Part shown: piece after piece, positions 8,807-17,169 of the stretch | How the letters are laid out: each line of letters begins with the position of its first letter | How positions within the stretch are numbered: the first letter of the stretch is position 1 | Assembly (NCBI GenBank): GCA_942493195.1 | Contig: OW818669.1 | Span: 323,478-387,477 of the forward strand | Reading direction: 5' to 3' | DNA from: an uncultured Geobacteraceae bacterium | GTDB lineage: Bacteria > Desulfobacterota > Desulfuromonadia > Geobacterales > Pseudopelobacteraceae | DNA length: 64,000 bases | Notes under the pieces: generated by a model | What the model was told of the DNA's origin: nothing | The model's input: the letters and a program-made list of their open reading frames with translations, nothing else | Database searches by the model: none | Position numbers and translations under genes: made by a program

Positions 8807-11191
8807 CTAGTAGGTGACCGGACGGTTAATGCGCTTGATGAATCCGTGGTCGCCACCACCTTGTGCGCCTGTGCCTTGATGGTCGTCGCAGCCGCCCCAT
8901 GTACCGTATGCATCGGGGATGGTTGCTCCGCCGTCAACAGACTGGCCTTTGAGACCGGAGGCAACTTTGCCAGTGGTTGGTGACAGGGTGTAGCAACCTG
9001 CACCGGCACGTCTAGTATCAAGAACGCCACGCTCTGCATTTGGAATCTGTGTCCAGGAAACCTGCTCCCAGTTGGTGTCCTTGGATACGCCACCAGTGGT
9101 GTAGGTATAAACAGTAGAACCTGTAGTTACAACGCCACCAACCTGAATGGAATAGGTGCTGTTGGTAACAGGACCGGCTACGGTGCCGCCGGTGATACCG
9201 CCCAGTGTGCCCGGTACGTGTTTTACGTTACCAAGACCTGGCAGGAAGCGACGTGTTTTCTGGGTGTTGCCCATGCCGTCGACGTAGGTGTTAACCTTGG
9301 AACCGTGGATACCGCCGTAGCCGTTTTCAACACCGGCGTTATGGCAGTTGTTACACTGGATACCGAAGATGTTACCGAAGTCAGGCTCCTGCTCACCGGT
9401 ATAGGTGGCAGCCTGGACACCGCCAGGAGCATTTGCGAAGTTGAGCGGGAAGCCCGGTGCAAATGCCGGTGTTGAGCTGAATGCTGCCCGTGGTCCTTCG
9501 AAACGGCTCAGGAACTGTGTACCATCTGTTGCTTTACCGCTGGTGTAGCCGTTGAACGGTATGGTGTTACCAACGCCGTTGCAGCGACCGGATGAGTCAT
9601 ATTCACCAGCGTGCGGGCCCTTTGTACCGGTAGCGTTGTAGACACTGCCGTATCTGCTGTAGCTGTGGCAGTTGAAGCAGACCAGGAAAGCTGCATTCGG
9701 ATTCTGGAGTGTTATTACGCCGCTTGCGGCTTTCACATAGGCATCCTGTGTGTGACGCTCGTCAGTTCCTTTGCTGTTACGCAGCATGTACTCGTTGTTG
9801 GAGCCGTGGGCGCCGATGGCGGGAGAAACCTTGGTAGCATCGACAGTGCCATCGGTGTTGAACCACTGGGCTGTACCTGCTTTCCACTGGCCGACTGTGT
9901 GGCAGTCACCGCAGTGGAGGGTCGAGTCATCACCGAGTGTCTGAGCACCGGTACGCGGAGCAACTTCGCCGCCGGCGTTTTCAAGGGGTACGTACAGAGC
10001 ATTGAATGCCAGATTGGTTGTTTCTACGACGCCTGAAATGGAGTTAACGGAGTCGTAAATGGTGGAGCGCTTGCCCCACAGGGTTGCTGAGGAGTTGTCG
10101 TCAAATGCCGCAGGATTGGCAATCTGACGTGAACCGGCGGTCCTTGTACGGCCGGTGTATTTAGGACCTTTAACAGCGTGGTGCGAAGCGTTGCCCGTAT
10201 TGAACTGGGTATCGACGTCAACAACGGCCGGACGCTGCATCTTGTCGTAGCGGTTGGAGATTGTATCGCCGAAGGGATTGCTTGCAGATGCTGTTTTGCC
10301 GGCTGCAGGAATCATCAAGGCGCGGATACCGGCGCTCTTGGGTGATGTTGCGCCGTTAGCGTCATGGCAGCTCATGCAGAAATTATCCATCGTGCTGTGA
10401 TTTGGTGCTGCCGGATCCCACTGCATGTCGGCATCTGTATCAGCGTTACGCAGGTGAGTTGCACCACCAGTCATGTGGTAGGTGTGGTCTACGACAACTT
10501 TTCCCTCTTTAGCTTTACCTGCAAGGTGGCAGGCTGCGCAGTGGGCATTTTGCAGATTTACACCGGTTACGTGGTGAGACCATTTGCCGAATTCTGCGGT
10601 AACTGCACGTACACCAGGGTTAACTGCACTCGGATGCTTTGTTTTTGCAACTGAGTGACAGCCAATGCAGTCGTCGTGCAATACCGGGTTGCTTGAAAAC
10701 TTAATGCTGTGGATACCGTTTCCGCCGTGGCAACCGCTACACATCGCCACATAATCTGTTGCTGCAAAACCTGCAGGCACTGTACCGTTATGACATTCAA
10801 CGGCGTTACAGCGGCCTGATGTCAGCGGGTTGTTGAACGGAATCGGGCCAACACCGTTGTGCTGGGCGCCGCCGCCATGACAGCCCTGGCAGCCTGCTTC
10901 GGTGTTTATCGCACCGTCAAGTCCTGACACGCTGGGGAGCTGGAAGTGTACTGATGGGTGAGTTCCCCCCGGATTTGAGGCAGAAACTGTTCCCATGAAA
11001 TCTTCGACAATAGGTGTCTTTGAGACCGGATCGAGTGTCGAAGCATGGCAGTGACGGCAGGTGGCCTCTTCTGTTTTTGCTACTCCACCGACATCAGCAC
11101 TTCCTTCTTTGCTGGACGAACCGCAACCGCTGAACAGGGCTGCACAGGACAACGCGCTTACCAGCAGCAAACTAAACTTCTTGATACTCAT
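8807..11191 (-). CDS. outer-surface multiheme cytochrome c lipoprotein (OmcB/OmcC-like; 9 CXXCH plus 1 CX4CH)
   Basis: 794 aa. Lipobox LFSGCGSS. Canonical heme sites are CRHCH, CQGCH, CSGCH, CIGCH, CAACH, CMSCH, CGDCH, CFNCH and CNNCH. One atypical site is CNAVECH. Gly/Thr-rich C-terminal region. It is the third gene of a porin, periplasmic-cytochrome, lipoprotein-cytochrome trio. Confidence 0.85.
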   Translation of the reverse strand: MSIKKFSLLLVSALSCAALFSGCGSSSKEGSADVGGVAKTEEATCRHCHASTLDPVSKTPIVEDFMGTVSASNPGGTHPSVHFQLPSVSGLDGAINTEAGCQGCHGGGAQHNGVGPIPFNNPLTSGRCNAVECHNGTVPAGFAATDYVAMCSGCHGGNGIHSIKFSSNPVLHDDCIGCHSVAKTKHPSAVNPGVRAVTAEFGKWSHHVTGVNLQNAHCAACHLAGKAKEGKVVVDHTYHMTGGATHLRNADTDADMQWDPAAPNHSTMDNFCMSCHDANGATSPKSAGIRALMIPAAGKTASASNPFGDTISNRYDKMQRPAVVDVDTQFNTGNASHHAVKGPKYTGRTRTAGSRQIANPAAFDDNSSATLWGKRSTIYDSVNSISGVVETTNLAFNALYVPLENAGGEVAPRTGAQTLGDDSTLHCGDCHTVGQWKAGTAQWFNTDGTVDATKVSPAIGAHGSNNEYMLRNSKGTDERHTQDAYVKAASGVITLQNPNAAFLVCFNCHSYSRYGSVYNATGTKGPHAGEYDSSGRCNGVGNTIPFNGYTSGKATDGTQFLSRFEGPRAAFSSTPAFAPGFPLNFANAPGGVQAATYTGEQEPDFGNIFGIQCNNCHNAGVENGYGGIHGSKVNTYVDGMGNTQKTRRFLPGLGNVKHVPGTLGGITGGTVAGPVTNSTYSIQVGGVVTTGSTVYTYTTGGVSKDTNWEQVSWTQIPNAERGVLDTRRAGAGCYTLSPTTGKVASGLKGQSVDGGATIPDAYGTWGGCDDHQGTGAQGGGDHGFIKRINRPVTY

Positions 11192-11221
11192 AGCTTTCCT
11201 CCTTCTTTGGGTAGTTACCTT

Positions 11222-11914
11222 TTAAAAACGTCCCGAAATGTGGCACTGTAAACAAACCTTGCTATTACTTCTGTCCTTGTAATTACCGGCTTTGAATCCT
11301 CGTGGATGCGGACTTCTTCCACCTGAACTGTGGCATTTCTTGCACGTATCACCGTCTGCGTGACATGTCTGGCATGATTGCAGGCTTCTGCGTGCTTCAA
11401 CACGGTGTTCAAATCCCCAGCTGGCACCCAGCTGTTGGTCGTGAGACTTGAAGCCAAGAGACTTCAGATTCTCTTTAGGCATGCGACTGTGGCACGATGT
11501 GCAATATTTCTGATCATGGCAGCGGTTACACTGTTGCTGATTATCGCGTGACTTGATCGGATGGATGCTGATCCAGTCGCTGCGGTGGCTCTTTGGATGG
11601 GAGTCACGGCCAAAGTTTTCTTTACTCAGATTCGTGCCGTCCAGCAAGCCGCCTTGATGACAGTCAAGACACCAAGACTGATCATGGCACTGACTGCAGT
11701 TGTTGCCAGCTTTGCCTGCCAGCACGCGGTGTCCACGAACAAAGTCGGAATCATGATTCGGTGCCACACCTTCGCCTTTATGGCAGGAGTTACACTCACG
11801 AATTTCCATTTTGGCGTATTCAGAGTGGGATTCTTTTTTGTTGGCGTAGGACTGTTGCTGAAAACAGACAAGCCCAAAGCTAAGTACTGCGATGATGAAT
11901 ACTATTCTTTTCAC
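11222..11914 (-). CDS. periplasmic octaheme cytochrome c (OmaB-like)
   Basis: 230 aa with signal peptide and eight CXXCH motifs (CNSCH, CSQCH, CLDCH, CNRCH, CTSCH, CQTCH, CKKCH, CLQCH). Confidence 0.8.
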   Translation of the reverse strand: MKRIVFIIAVLSFGLVCFQQQSYANKKESHSEYAKMEIRECNSCHKGEGVAPNHDSDFVRGHRVLAGKAGNNCSQCHDQSWCLDCHQGGLLDGTNLSKENFGRDSHPKSHRSDWISIHPIKSRDNQQQCNRCHDQKYCTSCHSRMPKENLKSLGFKSHDQQLGASWGFEHRVEARRSLQSCQTCHADGDTCKKCHSSGGRSPHPRGFKAGNYKDRSNSKVCLQCHISGRF

Positions 11915-11929
11915 GAATGTCCCCCCTTT

Positions 11930-13141
11930 CTAAAAGTCGTAGTTGAAGGCTACGCGCCCGGTCCAGTCTTCCTTGTAACGGGCGTTCACGTTGTCCTCAA
12001 CCCGGACGGACGCCGACATTTTGTCATCGATCTTGTATCTGCTTCCAAGCCAGTATTTACGGGCAGTTTCTTCGCCGGTGAGTTTGTCCCGCTCATAGAC
12101 GTCAAAATGGATGCCGCCTGCAATTTCGAGTTTTTTGGTGGCTTCATACGCAACTTCAGCGATACCGCCGTTCAAATCTCCGCCGTAACCATTGCGATGG
12201 TCATATTCCAATGTCACCTGCAGGTGTTCAATCGGGCGAATACGGCAACCCAGTTCGAAAACATCCGCATCGGCTCCCTCATAGTCCTGTTTGCTATAGC
12301 CGGCGTTGACGGAGATCATGTTGTTGATGGTGTAGTCGGCTCTGAAGACACCTTCCTGATAGCGGCTGACAGCAAAGACCGAAAAAATCGAGGTTGAGTC
12401 AAAAACCGGATAACTCTGATACCATTCGCCGGTCAGGACCAAATTGGCAAGCGGATAATACTTAACACCTGCAAGTACTTCACTGAAGGTTTCGCTTGGC
12501 ATGTCGAAACGCGTATTACCATACAGTTTGACTGAATTGAACAGGTATTGCTTGAAGGATGCACCCACCTGATCACGGGCAACGCCGTCATTGTCAAGCT
12601 TCATGAAGTAACTGACTTCTGCATCCGTATTGCGGAATCCGTTAAGATACGCTGCAGCACCGAATGCAAAATCACGGTAGTTTGTTCCTTCCCCATTCAG
12701 GTCGAAGAACACATTACGCCCGCCCATAACCGAAAAGGCGACGGGACCGACATTCTTGAGATCCACTTTACCGCCATCGATGATGGCATTACCGGCTGCG
12801 GAGTTGACAAATTGACGTCCTACCCTGATATCCATTTTGTCAAACAGGTTTGAGTAGTCTCCGTACAGATAGTAAAGTCTCCCGCTCAGCCCATCCCCAT
12901 TTCTTATGTCCTGGGTAAGGCGGCCATATCCCTGGAAGGTCAGTTTGTTGTCCTTGTCAAGTTTGGTAATTGACAAACTTAACGATTCACCGAATTCAGC
13001 TTGTTTTTTCTCGGTGAGGATGTCGGTAAACCAGGTAAACTGGGTGGAACTTCTGCCATGTACTTCTGCCGCCCAGGCACCTGTAGAAGGCAGTAAAAGC
13101 GCCAAGCCGGCGAATAGACAGAACAATCGTTTAAAAGCCAT
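11930..13141 (-). CDS. porin-like outer-membrane beta-barrel protein (OmbB-like) of a porin-cytochrome conduit
   Basis: 403 aa. Signal peptide ending AWAAEV, alternating amphipathic beta-strand pattern, and a C-terminal aromatic residue (…VAFNYDF) typical of OMPs. First gene of the trio. Confidence 0.6.
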   Translation of the reverse strand: MAFKRLFCLFAGLALLLPSTGAWAAEVHGRSSTQFTWFTDILTEKKQAEFGESLSLSITKLDKDNKLTFQGYGRLTQDIRNGDGLSGRLYYLYGDYSNLFDKMDIRVGRQFVNSAAGNAIIDGGKVDLKNVGPVAFSVMGGRNVFFDLNGEGTNYRDFAFGAAAYLNGFRNTDAEVSYFMKLDNDGVARDQVGASFKQYLFNSVKLYGNTRFDMPSETFSEVLAGVKYYPLANLVLTGEWYQSYPVFDSTSIFSVFAVSRYQEGVFRADYTINNMISVNAGYSKQDYEGADADVFELGCRIRPIEHLQVTLEYDHRNGYGGDLNGGIAEVAYEATKKLEIAGGIHFDVYERDKLTGEETARKYWLGSRYKIDDKMSASVRVEDNVNARYKEDWTGRVAFNYDF

Positions 13142-13599
13142 CAGAAACCTCCTTTCACTGTAATCACATTCGTACTTCCTGTAGCCAATGGTGTTGCTCC
13201 GTCATTCCACCACCTTTCGTTCAGTTATTTTAAGTACCGGTCCTGCCGTTTTCTACTATGCTGATTTCTTTCATTAAACTCTGCTTGAATCACTATGTGG
13301 AGCATGTCGGCGCGAGGCCAAAGTTGCTAACTATGTAATATTTAATAAAAATTAATGTAGCTATTTGGCGTAAATACTGATGTGTCACTTAAAACGCTAA
13401 TTGCCAGGATCTCCTTAATTTAAAGGCAGATACGGCTGTTTTTTGAAAACGATGCAATTTAGTGCAGATATTGTCGTGCATAGTTCGCGCCAGACAACTG
13501 TATGTAATTACTTGAATGTATGCTCGAAGCGTTGACAAACATACAACCGGATACTTATAGTTAGTGCACAAACAAATTTCAAGGAGGAAGATATACGCC

Positions 13600-13839
13600 A
13601 TGCCCATGTACGAGTACAAATGTTCTGCCTGTAGTCACCAGTTTGAACTTCGCCAGAAGTTTTCAGATTTACCCGCCAGCGAGTGCCCTCAATGTGGAGG
13701 GAGTGTTGAAAAGATGATTTCGTCTACCGCATTCAGTCTCAAGGGTGGCGGCTGGTATAATACCGGTTACTGTCCCAAGACTGAGGCACCAAAACCGGCT
13801 GCCTGTGCTGCCGGTGGTGGTTGCTGTGGCGGTGAATAG
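13600..13839 (+). CDS. FmdB-family zinc-ribbon regulatory protein
   Basis: MPMYEYKCSACSHQFELRQKF…CPQCGG, that is CxxC-N(20)-CxxC, with a Gly/Cys-rich tail. RBS AAGGAGGAAG lies 9 bp upstream. Confidence 0.7.
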   Translation: MPMYEYKCSACSHQFELRQKFSDLPASECPQCGGSVEKMISSTAFSLKGGGWYNTGYCPKTEAPKPAACAAGGGCCGGE

Positions 13840-13890
13840 CCGTATAACCAACTGTACCACCTGAATTACAAAGTGCAAATTTCACCCGTA

Positions 13891-13936
13891 AAAAAAACGC
13901 CCTTCATTCATAGAACATGTGAAGGGCGTTTGTTTA
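13891..13936 (+). terminator. intrinsic terminator after fmdB
   Basis: A7 run, then the hairpin AACGCCCTTCA…TGAAGGGCGTT, then TGTTT. Confidence 0.6.
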
Positions 13937-14216
13937 CGTGCTCGCCCTCTTTTCTGGTAACCCGGCGATCCTTATCGAAGGACCCGTGGTTTTGCGTCCC
14001 CGTGTTACCGCGGGTTTGCTCTTTTCCAAGAGGAAATTTCGTGGAAGATTAAAGCCGCTGTACTGTTCTTGTCAACAATATTTTCGCTTTATGGATGGTT
14101 CCTAACAGATATGGTTGCTGTGTTTTTGAAGGGTACCGTTAACATGCTTTACAAGCCGCGGTCTTAGCAGTAGCATCCTGACCGTTGTAATTTTCTTCTT
14201 TATTGCAAGGAAAGCT

Positions 14217-14864
14217 ATGATCGTATCGACTCAAAAATCTCTGGATCAAATTGCTGCAGCTCTGGATGGCGGTTCCAAGGTGTTCATTGTTGGTTGCGCC
14301 AAGTGTGCCTCGGTTTGCAAGGCCGGCGGCGAAGAAGAGGTTTTTCGTATGCAGGACGCCTTGACAGCTCTCGGCAAAGAGGTTACCGGTACAATCATTA
14401 TTGATGAAACCTGCCACATGCTTCGTACCGCCCGTGACCTGCGTTCCCGCAAGGAGCAGGTGGAGGAGGCCGATTTTCTGCTGGTGCTTTCCTGTGGCGC
14501 CGGCATTCAGTCCGTGGCTGAAACCTCTGACAAAAAGGTGATTGCCGGCACCGATTCCAAATTTCTCGGCAACATTCGCCGATTTGGCCAATTTGAACAA
14601 CGTTGCAGCCTGTGCGGTGATTGTCGCCTTAATGATACCGGCGGCATCTGCCCGGTTACGGTCTGTCCCAAGGGTTTACTGAATGGCCCTTGTGGCGGCA
14701 TGGAAGATGGCAAGTGCGAGGTCGATTCTGCGAGGAGCTGCGCCTGGGTCATGATCTATGAACGCTTGGAACGGCAGGGTCGGGTGGAAAACCTGGAACA
14801 GGCCACTGAGGCTCGCGATTTTGGACATAAACGTCATCCCCACAGCCTGGTTCTGGAGAAATGA
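14217..14864 (+). CDS. metV: MetV-like Cys-rich protein (MTHFR C-terminal-domain family) partner of MetF
   Basis: 215 aa with a CSLCGDC…CPVTVCPKGLLNGPCGG cysteine cluster. A 4-bp ATGA overlap with the downstream metF suggests translational coupling. Confidence 0.55.
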   Translation: MIVSTQKSLDQIAAALDGGSKVFIVGCAKCASVCKAGGEEEVFRMQDALTALGKEVTGTIIIDETCHMLRTARDLRSRKEQVEEADFLLVLSCGAGIQSVAETSDKKVIAGTDSKFLGNIRRFGQFEQRCSLCGDCRLNDTGGICPVTVCPKGLLNGPCGGMEDGKCEVDSARSCAWVMIYERLERQGRVENLEQATEARDFGHKRHPHSLVLEK

Positions 14865-15736
14865 TCATGCCAACCACACTGGCCCGTAATCTGGCTGATG
14901 GACGATTTACCATTACCGCAGAACTGGCACCTCCCCATGGCTGCGACATGGCTGCTTTCCTGCGTATGGCGTCTTTTGTGGCGCCCCATGTGGATGCCAT
15001 TAACGTCACTGACAATCAAGGCGCCAATATGCGTATGACCCCACTGACGGCCGCAGCGATGCTGGTGCGGGAGGGGATTGAGCCAATCATGCAGATCACC
15101 TGCCGTGACCGTAATCGACTGGCGTTGCAGAGCGATCTTCTGGGGGCGTCAGCCATGGGAATTCATAATATTCTGGCTCTGACCGGCGACGATATCGGCT
15201 GTGGCGACCATCGCCAGGGGCGGGCCGTTTTTGATCTGGATTCCGTTCTGCTGCTGCAGACCATTAAAGCGCTTAATGCCGGACAGGATATGCACGGCAG
15301 GTCTCTGGATGGCTGCACTTCCTTTTTTGTCGGAGCAGCGGCCGCGCCGGAGGTGGAGCCGTTTGTTGTGACGCGGCCCAAGCTGGGCAAGAAAGCCTCG
15401 GCCGGGGCCGGTTTTTTCCAGACCCAGGCCGTTTTTGATCCGGGAAAACTGGCAACATTCTGTGCAGCGGTTCAGCCGATGGGGGTGAAGGTGATTGCCG
15501 GAGTGCTGGTTCTCAGGTCGGCGAAGATGGCCGAGTTTATAAACAGGAATATTCCGGGGCTGAAGGTTCCTGTAACGATTGTGGAGCGACTTGCTGCGGC
15601 ACAGAAACCTGCGGAAGAGGGTGTCAGAATTGCGACGGAAATGGCGCTTGCGTGCCGTGAAACCTGCCAGGGTGTCCATCTGATGGCCATGGGGCGCGAT
15701 GAAGTTGTACCGGAAATTGTAGCTGCATTGAAATAA
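14861..15736 (+). CDS. metF: 5,10-methylenetetrahydrofolate reductase
   Basis: 291-aa TIM-barrel MTHFR family (…ITAELAPP…, INVTDNQGANMRMT…, FFQTQAVFD). Confidence 0.85.
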   Translation: MIMPTTLARNLADGRFTITAELAPPHGCDMAAFLRMASFVAPHVDAINVTDNQGANMRMTPLTAAAMLVREGIEPIMQITCRDRNRLALQSDLLGASAMGIHNILALTGDDIGCGDHRQGRAVFDLDSVLLLQTIKALNAGQDMHGRSLDGCTSFFVGAAAAPEVEPFVVTRPKLGKKASAGAGFFQTQAVFDPGKLATFCAAVQPMGVKVIAGVLVLRSAKMAEFINRNIPGLKVPVTIVERLAAAQKPAEEGVRIATEMALACRETCQGVHLMAMGRDEVVPEIVAALK

Positions 15737-15750
15737 ATGGAGGTGCTGTC

Positions 15751-16614
15751 GTGAAGGTTAAAAAAGCAATTTTCCCCGTGGCCGGTATGGGTACCCGTTT
15801 TCTCCCGGCCACTAAATCGTCTCCAAAGGAGATGTTGCCGCTGATTGACAAGCCGCTGGTGCAGTACGTGGTTGAAGAGGCCGTGGCAGCGGGTATTGAG
15901 CAGATCCTGTTTGTGACCGGCCGTGGTAAGCGTGCTATTGAGGATCATTTTGATATCTCTACTGAGTTGGAACTGCACCTGGAAGAGAAGGGGAAGAAAA
16001 AAACCCTGCAGAAGATGCGCGAAATTGCCGACATGGTTGACATTTTTTATGTACGACAGAAAATGGCGCTTGGTCTCGGCCACGCAATTTTGTGCGGCAA
16101 GGATTTTGTGGGTAACGAGCCTTTTGCCGTTTTGTTGGGGGATGACATCATCGACAGTCAGACGCCCTGCCTGAAACAGCTTCTGGATGTGTACGACCAT
16201 CAGCACGGTTCAGTGCTGGCTCTGGAACAGGTGCCGATGGAGAACATTTCATCCTATGGTTGTGTCAAGGCCGACAAACTTTCCGAGCGCGTATTCCAGG
16301 TTACGGATATGGTGGAGAAGCCCAGCCGTGATGAGGCTCCATCGGATATGGCCATCATCGGACGCTATGTACTGACACCGCGAATCTTCAGTATTCTGGA
16401 ACAGCAGGAGCCCGGCAAGGGCGGGGAGATCCAGTTGACGGATGCCATACTGAAGCTCTCAAAAGAGGAGAAGGTCTTTGGCTGTCTTTTTGACGGGTTG
16501 CGGCACGATTGCGGCGATAAACTGGGCTTTTTGAAAGCTACGGTGGACATGGCCCTTAAGAGGGATGAGTTCAAAGTCGAGTTCGAGGCATATCTGCGGC
16601 AGCGCCTGGGGTGA
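15751..16614 (+). CDS. galU: UTP--glucose-1-phosphate uridylyltransferase
   Basis: GTG start. The N-terminus KKAIFPVAGMGTRFLPATK…EMLPLIDKPLVQYVVEEA is canonical GalU. 287 aa. Confidence 0.9.
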   Translation: MKVKKAIFPVAGMGTRFLPATKSSPKEMLPLIDKPLVQYVVEEAVAAGIEQILFVTGRGKRAIEDHFDISTELELHLEEKGKKKTLQKMREIADMVDIFYVRQKMALGLGHAILCGKDFVGNEPFAVLLGDDIIDSQTPCLKQLLDVYDHQHGSVLALEQVPMENISSYGCVKADKLSERVFQVTDMVEKPSRDEAPSDMAIIGRYVLTPRIFSILEQQEPGKGGEIQLTDAILKLSKEEKVFGCLFDGLRHDCGDKLGFLKATVDMALKRDEFKVEFEAYLRQRLG

Positions 16615-16643
16615 TCTTGGAAATTGATTCACGTTTGAATAGA

Positions 16644-16679
16644 CAAAAAAAGGCGAACCGTTCAGGTCCGCCTTTTTTA
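16644..16679. terminator. bidirectional intrinsic terminator between galU (+) and a convergent minus-strand gene
   Basis: AAAAAAAGGCGAACC-gttca-GGTCCGCCTTTTTT, with an A-run upstream and a T-run downstream. Confidence 0.7.
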
Positions 16680-16701
16680 TTGCCAGCAATCTGGAATCGG
16701 C

Positions 16702-17094
16702 TTATTTGCCGTTTTCCACCACGATTGGAGAAGTGTCGCGTTTGGGCTCCCATCCTTCCCAGACATAGGTCGGGGTGATCATCGGATCATAGTAGCCGGG
16801 CTGCGGTACGCCAAAGAAAATTGTTTCGGTGATGCCGATGATCCCGCGATAGAAGGTCATGCCGATGCCCTTGAGAGGTCCGTACACATAGCCAATGGCA
16901 CCCATGTCACGACTGGTCAGGATAGTCTGCTTGGGGATTTCAGCCACACAGGTCACTGTATTGGCAATGCCGCGCGAGAATTTGATCGCCATTTTTTCGA
17001 CGATCATTTCCGGCTCCTGCTCGGCCGAGGCGGCCAGCGGCAGTGTAAACATCACACTCAGTAACAAAAGGTTGATAAGAAGTATTTTCTTCAT
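16702..17094 (-). CDS. hypothetical secreted protein
   Basis: 130 aa with signal peptide MKKILLINLLLLSVMFTLPLAASA. No confident family. Confidence 0.45.
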   Translation of the reverse strand: MKKILLINLLLLSVMFTLPLAASAEQEPEMIVEKMAIKFSRGIANTVTCVAEIPKQTILTSRDMGAIGYVYGPLKGIGMTFYRGIIGITETIFFGVPQPGYYDPMITPTYVWEGWEPKRDTSPIVVENGK

Positions 17095-17169
17095 GGCATC
17101 TCCTTTTATGTATCAATTTAAATAAACGTTTTTTGTCTCTTACCACAAAGGATTACCACTTGCAAGCTT

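Noticed and set aside
13935-14215. SAM-I (S-box) riboswitch upstream of metV-metF
   Set aside because: CTTATCGAAGG resembles the S-box P1 CUUAUCAAGAG, but the other conserved blocks (GGUGCCAAUUCC, CCCGGCAACC) are absent. Kept only as a generic 'possible leader structure' finding.
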